DNA from: a bacterium
Lineage (GTDB): Bacteria; Zhuqueibacterota; Zhuqueibacteria; Oceanimicrobiales; Oceanimicrobiaceae
Assembly: GCA_037446635.1 (NCBI GenBank)
Contig: JBBIIG010000014.1
Coordinates: 16,294 to 80,293, forward strand
Length of the DNA stretch: 64,000 nucleotides
Direction: 5' to 3'
Of the stretch, positions 48,539-57,614 are shown one piece after another (positions within the stretch are counted from its first letter, which is position 1; each line of letters starts with the position of its first letter). The notes below the pieces were generated by a model that saw nothing but the letters and a program-made list of their open reading frames with translations, made no database searches and had not been told where the DNA came from. The position numbers and the translations under genes are program-made.

Positions 48539-49177
48539 ATGAAAAAGAATCCAGAGGCGAACTTGAAGCTCAAATACCGTAAAGTATTTGAAGTGAGCTT
48601 GATCATCACGCTGGTGGTGCTGATCGTTTTCTTTCAAATGCTGCGCGCCATCAGCTTGGAGGCCACCGAAGCCAAAACTCCGGAAATTAAGATCGAGGTA
48701 GCAGACATTCCGCCCACCGAGCAGATAAAACGTCCGCCTCCGCCTCCCAAGCCTTCGGTGCCGATTCCCACTGAAAATGAGGACATTCCGGAGGATTTGA
48801 CGATTGAAAGCACCAACCTCGATTTAACCGAAATACCGCCTCCGCCTCCGCCTCCCGAGGACGACGGCGAAGTCAATATTTTTGTGCCGTATGATGAACC
48901 CCCAAGCCCAATCGGAGGCTTTGCCGCTATTCAGCGCGCCTTGAAATATCCGGAAATTGCGCGCAAAGCCGGCATCGAAGGCAAGGTTATCGTGCAGGTG
49001 CTGGTCTCCGAAAAAGGGGAAGTGGTGGATACCAAAGTGATTAAATCCCTGGGACACGGCGGCATGGATGAAGCGGCAGTGAATGCTATTCGCAGCGTTA
49101 AATGGAAACCCGCTTTGCAAAGAGATAAACCCGTCAAAGTTTGGGTGGCTATTCCGGTTATTTTCAAGCTCAAATAA
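48539..49177 (+). CDS. tonB: TonB-family energy transducer
   Basis: N-terminal TM. Pro-rich spacer (PPPPPKPSVPIP..PPPPPPEDD). C-terminal TonB domain (..GKVIVQVLVSEKGEVVDTKVIKSLGHGGMDEAAVNAIRSVKWKPA..). Confidence 0.85.
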   Translation: MKKNPEANLKLKYRKVFEVSLIITLVVLIVFFQMLRAISLEATEAKTPEIKIEVADIPPTEQIKRPPPPPKPSVPIPTENEDIPEDLTIESTNLDLTEIPPPPPPPEDDGEVNIFVPYDEPPSPIGGFAAIQRALKYPEIARKAGIEGKVIVQVLVSEKGEVVDTKVIKSLGHGGMDEAAVNAIRSVKWKPALQRDKPVKVWVAIPVIFKLK

Positions 49178-49212
49178 TTGGGGCTAAAAATTGCCTTCAG
49201 ATTTTTTGTAAA

Positions 49213-49245
49213 AGCGGCGACCGAGAACCGGCGCCGCTTTTTTTG
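49213..49245 (+). terminator. Rho-independent terminator of the exbB-exbD-exbD-tonB operon
   Basis: AGCGGCG-ACCGAGAACCGG-CGCCGCT followed by TTTTTTTG. Confidence 0.7.
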
Positions 49246-49264
49246 TTGTGAATGAGTTAATGCT

Positions 49265-49783
49265 ATGAGTCCACAGCTCCGCAATTTCCCTTTCGTGGTT
49301 TTGATTTTGCACTTTGCGGCGTGCTTCAATCCTTTCGCTCCGAGCCTGGATAAAGCTCCCGATTTCTCTAACATCATTACCGAGCAGCGAAGTCCGGAAG
49401 AGGTGCTGCAGAATTTTAAATATGCCTATACTTTCAAAGACTCTCTCCTCTACCACGACGTTTTGGAAGAGTCGTTTGTATTTGAATATTTCGATCCCAA
49501 TCTCGCGCCTTCGGGCGGGTTTCGCACCTGGGGCCGCGATGTTGACTTAAAAACGACTGGCCAGCTTTTTCGCAATTTTGACGTGATTGACCTCGAATGG
49601 CTGGCCACCCTGTTTTCAGAATCGGACGGAGAATTTGAGCGGCGGTTCATGCGATTCAACCTGAATCTGGTCGGGCCTAATTTTAATTTTATTGTGAGCG
49701 GGACCGCCATTTTCACCTTCCGGCGCTCCGACCTCGATAACAAGTGGCGGATCGTCCGCTGGAAGGATGAATCGGATCTCTAA
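49265..49783 (+). CDS. Hypothetical (lipo)protein
   Basis: Hydrophobic N-terminus with Cys (ILHFAACFN). No family recognised. Confidence 0.5.
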   Translation: MSPQLRNFPFVVLILHFAACFNPFAPSLDKAPDFSNIITEQRSPEEVLQNFKYAYTFKDSLLYHDVLEESFVFEYFDPNLAPSGGFRTWGRDVDLKTTGQLFRNFDVIDLEWLATLFSESDGEFERRFMRFNLNLVGPNFNFIVSGTAIFTFRRSDLDNKWRIVRWKDESDL

Positions 49784-49961
49784 CAGCTAACAGGCTGTTT
49801 GAAACTCACCTGGAGTTTTTTAGCAACCTAATGTAACCCAAGTAAATTTTCCGGAATATTTTTTTTGAAGCCCATGTTCACTCTTTTGAATCACGTCAGA
49901 AGTATCGCCCAGTTCTTATTCCTGTGTAATTTAATTAAGAGCATTTTGGAGGATTTCGTTG

Positions 49962-50615
49962 ATGGAACAAGAGTGTCGCCGCTTTTCAAATCTAATCACC
50001 GCGCTGGTGGATGACGAATTGCAAAGCGCAGAAAAGAGTGAAGTTGAAAATCACTTCAAAATCTGCCCCCCCTGCCACCAGCGCTATCAGAATGAAAAGC
50101 GGGTTAAAAGGGTGGTTGCCGATCGTTTGCCTGTTATCAGCGCGCCGGCGTATCTGGTGCAGCGAATCCGCCATCATCTGCAATCGGGCAGAGCGTGGCC
50201 GGGTTTCTGGGAGTTGCTGCGCGATTTGTTTGTTTACCATCCTCTTTCTGCATCCTTTGCGGCTGCGGCGTTGATTTTAATCGTGGCGCTGCCGACATAT
50301 TTTCTCTCCATCCACCGTGATCAGACCGCGAATTTCGCGGGTGAGTTGAATGGCAAAGTTGTTGAGCTCCAGGGGCAAATCATCTGTTTGGATTGTGCAT
50401 ACACCTATCACGATGAACAGAATCAAACGCCGCACACTGAGATTCATCGCATCGGGATCCGCTGCGCCGCCGATCAAATCTGGACGTTTCTTGATACCCG
50501 TCCGCACCAGGAACTGCTGCACGATCCGAAGTATTTGCAGCGGAATGTTCTCGTCAAGGGCGTCGTTTATCAAGATGCGCGCTATGTTTTCATTAAAGAC
50601 TACCAACTATTGTAA
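49962..50615 (+). CDS. Putative zinc-finger (zf-HC2-like) anti-sigma factor-like membrane protein
   Basis: RBS GGAGGA. N-terminal ..HFKICPPCHQRY.. (H/C cluster), then a TM helix (FAAAALILIVALPTYFL) and a C-terminal domain. No ECF sigma gene is adjacent, so the assignment is tentative. Confidence 0.5.
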   Translation: MEQECRRFSNLITALVDDELQSAEKSEVENHFKICPPCHQRYQNEKRVKRVVADRLPVISAPAYLVQRIRHHLQSGRAWPGFWELLRDLFVYHPLSASFAAAALILIVALPTYFLSIHRDQTANFAGELNGKVVELQGQIICLDCAYTYHDEQNQTPHTEIHRIGIRCAADQIWTFLDTRPHQELLHDPKYLQRNVLVKGVVYQDARYVFIKDYQLL

Positions 50616-50657
50616 TACCTTCCCACGGTTTTTCATCGAGCCCAAACCTGAACCAGC

Positions 50658-51560
50658 ATGTTCAAACGAATCAGCGTGGTGGTTAATCCCGTTGCTGGCG
50701 GAAAGAAAGACAAATCGCAGCTCATCGCCAGGCTCACGAAGTTGCTTTCCGCCCCCGGGCGCAGCCTCTCCATTCAGTACACCGAAAAATCCGGCGACGC
50801 CAACCGCTTGGCTCGCGAAGCCGTGCAGCAAAATTCACAGCTCGTGGTGGTGATCGGCGGCGACGGCACCGTAAACGAAGTCGGCTCGGCCCTGGTTGAT
50901 ACCGACGTGCCCATGGCCATTATCCCGCGCGGCTCGGGAAACGGCTTTGCCCGGACGCTGCGGCTGCCGCCGCAATTAGAAGACGCCGCGGCTTTAATCA
51001 ATGATGGAGCGATTTCGCTAATCGACGTTGGGCAGGCGAACGAGCGCTACTTTTTTATGCTAATGGGAGTTGGCTTTGATGCCCGGATCGGCGAGCGATT
51101 TAACGCGCACTCCTCACGGGGGCCGCTGCCGTACTTCTATCTCAGCGCCAAAGAATTTTTTAACTACCGGCCCGCGCCGCTTCAAATCAACTTCAACGGA
51201 AAAGCTTTAGCGCTGGCGCCGTTTATGATTATCATCGCCAACGCCCAGCAGTTTGGCAACAACGCGCGCATAGCGCCGCACGCGATTTTGAACGACGGCC
51301 TGCTCGATATTTGCATCGTGCGCCGCCTCTCTTTTTTCGATCTACTCTTCGCACTGCCCAAACTTTTCAGCGGCCGCATTCACAATTATTCCGGTGTCGA
51401 GTTTTATCAAGCCCAACAGGTTCAGTTACAGCGCGAGCGCGCGGATTTTATCAACCTCGATGGCGAAGCCGTTTGGGAGGAAGCGGTGGTCAACGTTAGG
51501 GTGCTGCCGCGGCGCCTGAAAGTCATCACCCCAAAATTTTGCCCGGCGTTGGCGCCATGA
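50658..51560 (+). CDS. Diacylglycerol-kinase catalytic-domain lipid kinase (YegS/BmrU-like)
   Basis: ..RISVVVNPVAGGKKD..LVVVIGGDGTVNEVGSAL..MAIIPRGSGNGFAR.. are the DAGK_cat motifs. Confidence 0.85.
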   Translation: MFKRISVVVNPVAGGKKDKSQLIARLTKLLSAPGRSLSIQYTEKSGDANRLAREAVQQNSQLVVVIGGDGTVNEVGSALVDTDVPMAIIPRGSGNGFARTLRLPPQLEDAAALINDGAISLIDVGQANERYFFMLMGVGFDARIGERFNAHSSRGPLPYFYLSAKEFFNYRPAPLQINFNGKALALAPFMIIIANAQQFGNNARIAPHAILNDGLLDICIVRRLSFFDLLFALPKLFSGRIHNYSGVEFYQAQQVQLQRERADFINLDGEAVWEEAVVNVRVLPRRLKVITPKFCPALAP

Positions 51561-52213
51561 ATTCTCTGGTCATTTTTGTCAAACATCCCGCACCCTACAA
51601 GGTGAAAACCCGGCTCGGAGCGCAAATTGGTTATGCCTTAGCCGCCGACTTGTATAAAATTTTTATTGAACAAACCATCACGATGGCGGCGCGCAGCTCC
51701 GCCGACCGCGTGTTGATTGCGTATGAGTCGGCCGAGCGCGCTGACGACGTTAATTTGGCATTGCCCGCGGCGATGGCGGCGTTTCCGCAAACTGGCAGGG
51801 ATTTAGGCCAGCGGATGTTCAACGCTTTTCAACACACGTTTGCAGAAGGAGCCCATTCCACCGTGATCATCGGCAGCGACAGCCCCACGCTGCCGCGGCA
51901 TTTTCTAAAGCGAGCGTTCGATTATTTGGAACATAAAGATTTAGTGCTTGGCCCGGCGCAAGATGGCGGCTATTATTTGATCGGTTTAAAAACTCCCGTG
52001 CAAAAACTTTTTGAAAACATCGAATGGAGCTCGCCAGTTGTTTTGGAAAAAACGCTGGCGCGCGCCGAACAATTGCAGCTCTCTTTTGATTTGCTGCCCG
52101 TCTGGTACGACGTCGATGAAATCGAATCGCTGAAGCGCGCCGCCCACGATGACGCCAGCGGCCAGATTAAAAACTTCCTGCTGCGAAACTGTCCCACCAT
52201 CCAGCTTGATTGA
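51557..52213 (+). CDS. DUF2064-family (TIGR04282-like) putative nucleotidyl/glycosyltransferase
   Basis: ATG overlaps the previous stop (ATGA). ..LVIFVKHPAPYKVKTRLGAQIG..VIIGSDSPTLP..DGGYYLIGLK.. fits DUF2064. Confidence 0.7.
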   Translation: MNSLVIFVKHPAPYKVKTRLGAQIGYALAADLYKIFIEQTITMAARSSADRVLIAYESAERADDVNLALPAAMAAFPQTGRDLGQRMFNAFQHTFAEGAHSTVIIGSDSPTLPRHFLKRAFDYLEHKDLVLGPAQDGGYYLIGLKTPVQKLFENIEWSSPVVLEKTLARAEQLQLSFDLLPVWYDVDEIESLKRAAHDDASGQIKNFLLRNCPTIQLD

Positions 52214-52214
52214 A

Positions 52215-52910
52215 ATGATTTTAGCCGCCCACCAACCTGGCTATTTGCCGACGATTGATTTTTTCTACAAAATGTCGCGCGCGGATGTTTTTGTTTTGGC
52301 GGACGATCTGGTTTTTACGACCCACTCGGATATTAATCGCGCCAAAATTAAAACCGCCCGCGGCCCGAGTTGGCTGACGGTGCCAGTTCGCACGAAGAGC
52401 CGGCGCGGCCAGCTCATTCATCAAGTCGAAACCGATCACCAGCAAAATTGGCGCGCCAAGCATTGGAACACCCTGCGCATGAATTACGCCTACGCGCCCT
52501 ATTTCGAGCTGCACTCCGACTACTTTGAAACTCTTTACTTGTTCGGCGATCCTCCGGCCCGTTTGTTTGAATGGAACGCCGCCGTCATCGATTATCTCGC
52601 GGCCTCGCTGAAATTAAAAACTAAATTGATTCGCAGTTCGGGCCTTAACGTTCACGCCCGCGGCCAGGAGTGGGTTTTCGGCGTCGCCGCCGCCACTGGC
52701 TGTCGCACTTATTTGGCGGACGCAGCCTTCGCGAGGTATCTATCAAAAGAAAAATTTGCTCAACATGGACTCGCCCTGCAATTCTTGCAAAATCCCAAAT
52801 TGCGATACCACCAACAATTTGGCGATTTCATCAGTGGACTTTCTATTGTCGATCTCCTGTTCAACGAGGGAGAACGCAGCCGCGAAATTTTGATGGAGAA
52901 CTCGCCGTGA
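52215..52910 (+). CDS. WbqC-like family protein
   Basis: ATG is 1 nt after the previous stop. MILAAHQPGYLPTIDFFYKMSRADVFVLADDL..WRAKHWNTLRMNYAYAPYF is consistent with PF08889. Confidence 0.7.
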   Translation: MILAAHQPGYLPTIDFFYKMSRADVFVLADDLVFTTHSDINRAKIKTARGPSWLTVPVRTKSRRGQLIHQVETDHQQNWRAKHWNTLRMNYAYAPYFELHSDYFETLYLFGDPPARLFEWNAAVIDYLAASLKLKTKLIRSSGLNVHARGQEWVFGVAAATGCRTYLADAAFARYLSKEKFAQHGLALQFLQNPKLRYHQQFGDFISGLSIVDLLFNEGERSREILMENSP

Positions 52911-53590
52911 AGGTAGTCGTCATCATCCCGGCTTTCAATGAGGAGCAGTCCATCGGTCTGGTTTTACAGGATATTCCGCGGCAGCTTGTTGACGCCGTGA
53001 TCGTCGTCGATAACGGCTCGCGCGATCGCACTGCGGAACTCGCCCGGCTTGGCGGCGCGGAGGTGGTTCGCGAAACACGCCGCGGCTACGGCAGCGCCTG
53101 CCTCGCCGGCATTAAACACGCAAAAACAATGAACCCCGACGCCGCGGTTTTTCTCGACGCGGATTTCAGCGATCACCCGCAGGAGCTGGTCGCACTTTTG
53201 GAAAAGATCGAAAGCGGCTTCGATCTTGTCATCGGTTCCCGCACTCTCGGAAAGGCCGAGCCCGGCGCGCTGCTGCCGCAGGCGCGTTGGGGAAACTGGT
53301 TGGCGGTTTCGCTGATTAAATGGTTCTTTGGATTTCGTTACACCGACCTCGGGCCATTCCGTGCCATCAAGTGGGACAAGCTGTTGGCGCTGGATATGCA
53401 GGATCGCAACTTTGGCTGGACCGTTGAAATGCAGGTGAAGGCAGTAAAAGCAGAATTGCGGATTACCGAGGTTCCGGTGAGTTACCGCAAACGCATTGGC
53501 ATCTCGAAAGTAACCGGCACGATTTCGGGAACCATCAAAGCCGGTTACAAAATCATTTTCACCATCTTAAAATATGCGTTTCGGAAATAA
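52907..53590 (+). CDS. Family 2 glycosyltransferase (dolichyl-phosphate/polyprenyl-phosphate glycosyltransferase-like)
   Basis: GTG overlaps the previous stop (GTGA). ..KVVVIIPAFNEEQSIGLVLQDIP..VIVVDNGSRDRTAELA..FLDADFSDHP... Confidence 0.85.
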   Translation: MKVVVIIPAFNEEQSIGLVLQDIPRQLVDAVIVVDNGSRDRTAELARLGGAEVVRETRRGYGSACLAGIKHAKTMNPDAAVFLDADFSDHPQELVALLEKIESGFDLVIGSRTLGKAEPGALLPQARWGNWLAVSLIKWFFGFRYTDLGPFRAIKWDKLLALDMQDRNFGWTVEMQVKAVKAELRITEVPVSYRKRIGISKVTGTISGTIKAGYKIIFTILKYAFRK

Positions 53591-53612
53591 CGAGCAGAGC
53601 GTCTCCTGTTCG

Positions 53613-53702
53613 CTCCCACGCGGGGCGTGGGAGCGAGAGAGCTCTCGTGGTAGCAAGAGGCTACTGAATGACTTGTTCCCACGCTTTTTGCGTGGGAACA
53701 AG
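53613..53702. terminator. Pair of hairpins between convergent genes (CTCCCACGC-GGG-GCGTGGGAG and CTTGTTCCCACGC-TTTTT-GCGTGGGAACAAG); likely a bidirectional terminator
   Basis: Both share the core CCCACGC..GCGTGGG. The second has a perfect 13-bp stem with a T5 loop. Confidence 0.55.
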
Positions 53703-53705
53703 CTG

Positions 53706-54290
53706 CTAAAAACTCGCGCCAGACAAGGCCTGTGAATGAGGATGTGAATCGGCGATGACGGTGACATATTTTATCATCACCGAGTATTTGTTGGCAAGCG
53801 ATTCCACCGGGTTGACGCGAATTCCAAAATTATAAAAAAAGGATTTTTCGTCGCTGTCAAAACAGGCGCGCAGCGGCGCCCTGCTGCAGTCGAACAACTT
53901 GATGGCCAGCAGCGAAAAATCGAATTCAAAATCCAGGGCAAGATCATAACTCGATTTTTGCAGATGCTGCTTGAGCGCGTTTTTGGGCAGGCCCAGCAGG
54001 TTGATATCTTCTTTGGAATAGGGCAGGATATCCAATTTGAGGCGGCTGTCGATAAAACTCACCATTTCAAGTTGAGCGACCACCGTGATGCGCCAGTTCG
54101 GGCGCTTTTCCCGCAGCTTCTCCAAAGCTTTGAGCGCGACGCCAAAATGCTCGACTTTAACCGGCATGAAAATTAAAATTTTCTGCGCTTTAGCCAATCG
54201 TTCCACCACGTCAACCGCGCCTGCTTTTTCAGAAATTCGAAATTTCAATCGCAGCGCCGCGCTGGCAAGTTTAGCGAGAGGAGGAGTCAT
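53706..54290 (-). CDS. Hypothetical protein with weak similarity to the N-terminal Rossmann half of GT9 heptosyltransferases
   Basis: ..QKILIFMPVKVEHFGVALKALEKLREKRPNWRITVVAQ.. resembles the GT9 N-terminal region. At 194 aa it is shorter than a full GT9 enzyme. Confidence 0.45.
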   Translation of the reverse strand: MTPPLAKLASAALRLKFRISEKAGAVDVVERLAKAQKILIFMPVKVEHFGVALKALEKLREKRPNWRITVVAQLEMVSFIDSRLKLDILPYSKEDINLLGLPKNALKQHLQKSSYDLALDFEFDFSLLAIKLFDCSRAPLRACFDSDEKSFFYNFGIRVNPVESLANKYSVMIKYVTVIADSHPHSQALSGASF

Positions 54291-54355
54291 TCGAGTAGCG
54301 AGAGTTGGTTAGCCATTTTGGCGGAATATAATCATAAAACCCGTTTCGAGCAAGA

Positions 54356-56344
54356 TTAAATTTTGAGATCGATTTGCACGCCGAAGCGTCGGTCGCGTTG
54401 GCCTTGAATTTCGTCGGCGCCGCTGCCGATGACGTCGGTATCGTCGCGAAAGGTCTCCGCATATTTCGCCGAGAACCCCATGAACCTGAACTGGTAGTTT
54501 ATAAGTACATACCAACGCGCGCCCTCGCCGAATAAGCTGCGGTTGGTGGCCAAGCCGGGCAGATCGGGCTCGTATTGAAACACCGCGGAGTCGAAGGAGT
54601 CGGTGTCAAAAATGGTTAAACGCGCGGTCAGGGTCAGGGCTTTCGTGGGCTGGAGGCGAACATCCTGGTACATCAAAAAACCCTGCTCATCGGTTTCTGC
54701 GACCGCCGAGTTGAAGCGATTCGTTTTGAACGAAACGAATTCCCAGCGGCTGCGCAACCGCAGCTGCCGGCTGAGATCGTAATCCAATTGCAGCCGCCCC
54801 TGCCGTTTTAGAATCTCAACGAATTCGCGCCGCTCCCGCATTAATTCATCCTCGAACGTTTCAGTTTCTTGTTTTTGATTTTCGCGATAGCGCAGCGTCA
54901 GCCGCAGACGGTTGGAGAATCGCTGCTCAATCTGCGCCAAAAATTCGTTGCCATCGAACGGCAGCGGCTCAAAAAACGTCCGCCACGGATGGGTGAAAAT
55001 ATCGTAGTAGGCGCTGACCGCGGTGCGCTCGCCAATTTTGAAATGAAGGCCGGAATAATACCCGCGCTCGTTTTGGGTGCTGCCGTTGGCGTCGGCGAAG
55101 GCGAAGCCGTGCAGGTTCTGAAAATCTTTTCCGTAATCGCGAAACAGAAACGCCAGTTGGATTTTTTTGAAGTCGAGCAGGGCGCCGGCCAGCAGCGCGC
55201 GGCCGCCGTTTTTTGATCCCGCTGCTTCTCCAAAAAGATTGGCGCTGGGAATTCGCCAATCCCAGTGAAATCCGGCCACGGCGTTTTTTCTGCCGCGAAA
55301 TGCGAAGCGCTGCCGGACAAGATCGGGATCGTTGATGGTTTTGTCGAATTTTGAAAAGTAAAAGCTGCCGCCAACCGTAAGCTGCAACGGCAGTTGCAAT
55401 CGCAGCGCCGCGCCGGCCAGCGATTCCGTGAGCGCGTCCTTTTTGCTGAGCTCGTTTTCGTTGCGGTGGAAACCAGTGGCGAAAAGTCCGGAGACTTCAT
55501 TTTCGGAAGTGAGAGTAGCATCCAACTTGGCGCGCGACGCAAAAATGGTGGCGGCGAAATGTTTCAAAGTCACATGCGCGACCCCGCCGTGCAGCGCGGC
55601 GTTTTCATCTACTGTGCTGTAGCCGCGAAATTCACGGCCGCGTTTTTTGATGGGGAAAATCGCGTCGGCGCTTTTGGAAAAGCCGTACGGCCCCCACAGC
55701 GTCAGCCCCTGCCCGATTTGCAGCAGATAATTTCCAACCAGAAAAGAGAAGTTTGGGTGGGCGTCCACGGCGACGTAGTAGAGCCGCAGATCGTCCCAGC
55801 GCCGTTCGCCGCTGTCTTTCTCCAATAAAAATCCGCCGGAAATTTTTTCAGCGATTTGATATTGAATGCGGTGATAAATTTTTTGCGGCGAGTAGAGATA
55901 ATCGCCCTCCTCGAAGCCAACCGGCCGATCGACGCGATCGCTCAGCCGGCTGCGCAGGTTGAGGCGAATGCTTTTTGGGGCGGGCCGCGCCGGCTTTTTT
56001 ACAAACACCAGCTCGCGCAAATATTCGTACGTTTCGGCATTCACCCCGTCAACGCGCAGTAATTCTTCGACGCGCTTAAATTCGCCGCGCCGCTGGCGGT
56101 AGCGCAAAATGTTGTCGCGCAGAACCGGGGTGAGTCCGGGAATGATCTCCAATTCCTCCAGCGTCGCCGAGTTGAGATCGAGGGGATATTCTTTCAAGTT
56201 CAAAAGAATTTCGTAAAGCTCGGATTGTTCCGAGCTTTCTTCCTGGCTTTCCAGCAGTTTTTCCGCCATGGTTTCCTGGGCGAAAAGGGGGGCAGAAAGG
56301 CAAAGATAAATTACGAAGAAAGATGTTGTAGATAGGTTTTTCAT
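54356..56344 (-). CDS. Outer-membrane beta-barrel-like protein with an N-terminal ComEA-like helix-hairpin-helix (HhH) DNA-binding domain
   Basis: Signal peptide. ..LDLNSATLEELEIIPGLTPVLRDNILRYRQRRGEFKRVEELLRVDGV.. is a ComEA-type HhH. About 520 aa follow with alternating beta-strand-like segments. The protein ends ..FGVQIDLKI, an outer-membrane beta-signal-like C-terminus. Confidence 0.7.
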   Translation of the reverse strand: MKNLSTTSFFVIYLCLSAPLFAQETMAEKLLESQEESSEQSELYEILLNLKEYPLDLNSATLEELEIIPGLTPVLRDNILRYRQRRGEFKRVEELLRVDGVNAETYEYLRELVFVKKPARPAPKSIRLNLRSRLSDRVDRPVGFEEGDYLYSPQKIYHRIQYQIAEKISGGFLLEKDSGERRWDDLRLYYVAVDAHPNFSFLVGNYLLQIGQGLTLWGPYGFSKSADAIFPIKKRGREFRGYSTVDENAALHGGVAHVTLKHFAATIFASRAKLDATLTSENEVSGLFATGFHRNENELSKKDALTESLAGAALRLQLPLQLTVGGSFYFSKFDKTINDPDLVRQRFAFRGRKNAVAGFHWDWRIPSANLFGEAAGSKNGGRALLAGALLDFKKIQLAFLFRDYGKDFQNLHGFAFADANGSTQNERGYYSGLHFKIGERTAVSAYYDIFTHPWRTFFEPLPFDGNEFLAQIEQRFSNRLRLTLRYRENQKQETETFEDELMRERREFVEILKRQGRLQLDYDLSRQLRLRSRWEFVSFKTNRFNSAVAETDEQGFLMYQDVRLQPTKALTLTARLTIFDTDSFDSAVFQYEPDLPGLATNRSLFGEGARWYVLINYQFRFMGFSAKYAETFRDDTDVIGSGADEIQGQRDRRFGVQIDLKI

Positions 56345-56363
56345 TAGCGTTTTCGAAAGTGTT

Positions 56364-56379
56364 AAACCCTGTCAGGGTT
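56364..56379. repeat. Family E palindrome (AAACCCTGTCAGGGTT) between the two HhH-barrel genes, followed by T7 on the + strand
   Basis: The same core as at 1997-2029 and 37250-37281. Confidence 0.45.
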
Positions 56380-56388
56380 GTAATTTTT

Positions 56389-57513
56389 TTAATTGCTTTC
56401 TAAAGTTACAAATGGTTTGATTTTCTCCAGTTTGTTTTTTCCGATTCCCGGGACGTTGAGTAAATCGTCAATTTTTTGGAAGGGGCCGTTTTGCTCGCGA
56501 AATTCCAAAATGGCGCGCGCCAAACTCTCGCCGATGCCCGGCAGTTTTTTGAGATCATCAATCCTGGCGGAATTGATGTTAATTTTGCCGGGCGGAGATT
56601 CCGGATCCGGCGCCGGTTCGATTTTAGTCGAATCGATAGGCAGGATTTCGGGAGAAACCTCCACCACCGGTTTGGGTTCGGGCGGCGGTTGTTTTCCAAA
56701 ATGAATGGCCAGCGAAGTTTGATGAGTGAGCCCGAGATCGTTGTGGGTGAAGAAGGCGTAATCAATGGCGACGCGCTGGATGGCGACGCCGAATCCCGCG
56801 GAGAAGCGGCTGGGGTGATTGGCCGCGCCGGCGCGAATGGCTAAATTTGCCAGCGGCTTGAATTCGCAGCCGAAACGCGCCTCTGCGGCAAAGCGCACGT
56901 CTTTGAAAATTTCAAAATTCAAAATAAGATTGTTGAGGGGATGAACCGAAACGCCACTAGAAAAAATTTGCGGCGCATGTTCGTCGGTTTGTCCAATGGT
57001 GGGACGGTTGACGTTTTTGGCGACGAATCCAAGATTGATCTCAGACGAGAGTGGTACTAAAATTCCAAGATCGAGTCCTACTGCGCCGCCGGAGCCGTAG
57101 CCCTCGATGTGAACGGTTTGATAGCGCAGGCCCACGCCGTAAAAAAGCTTGCGCTGATAGTGGTGGCTGAACGTTAGGCTGAGCGCCTGCTCGCGGTAGA
57201 GGCCGTTGCCAAAGGTGAGCGCACCCAATCCCACGCGCCGATTCCAAATCGGGAAACTGAGGGCGAGAGTTCCAAAGTTGATCTCGGAAAGCCCGAACGG
57301 CTTTTGATAAAAAATCGCCAGCTCGGTTCCAACCAACTGACCCAACCCGCCGACGTTGAGAAAGACGGCGTCGGCGGTGTTGGCCAGCGCCACATAGGTG
57401 GCGCCCATTCCCAGCGACCGAGCGCCCACCGGCCACTCTTCCGCGCCCACTGGCTCTGGAACGTACAATAGTGCAACCACCGCGAAGAAGAAAAAAATCT
57501 TGCGTTGAGTCAT
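56389..57513 (-). CDS. PorV/PorQ-like outer-membrane beta-barrel fused to a C-terminal ComEA-like HhH domain
   Basis: Signal peptide. N-terminal ..WPVGARSLGMGATYVALANTADAVFLNVGGL.. matches the PorV/PorQ signature of the genes at 40843 and 41948. Pro-rich linker. C-terminal ..ININSARIDDLKKLPGIGESLARAILEFREQNGPFQKIDDLLNVPGIGKNKLEKIKP is a ComEA HhH. Confidence 0.7.
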   Translation of the reverse strand: MTQRKIFFFFAVVALLYVPEPVGAEEWPVGARSLGMGATYVALANTADAVFLNVGGLGQLVGTELAIFYQKPFGLSEINFGTLALSFPIWNRRVGLGALTFGNGLYREQALSLTFSHHYQRKLFYGVGLRYQTVHIEGYGSGGAVGLDLGILVPLSSEINLGFVAKNVNRPTIGQTDEHAPQIFSSGVSVHPLNNLILNFEIFKDVRFAAEARFGCEFKPLANLAIRAGAANHPSRFSAGFGVAIQRVAIDYAFFTHNDLGLTHQTSLAIHFGKQPPPEPKPVVEVSPEILPIDSTKIEPAPDPESPPGKININSARIDDLKKLPGIGESLARAILEFREQNGPFQKIDDLLNVPGIGKNKLEKIKPFVTLESN

Positions 57514-57614
57514 CTTCGCCTCGCAACAATTAGCTTGACATTCATTGACGGTTTTATCTATATTTTTTCAAAATCAGTGTAAAATCTGGACACCCATTCC
57601 GGGAGGTCGCGTCC

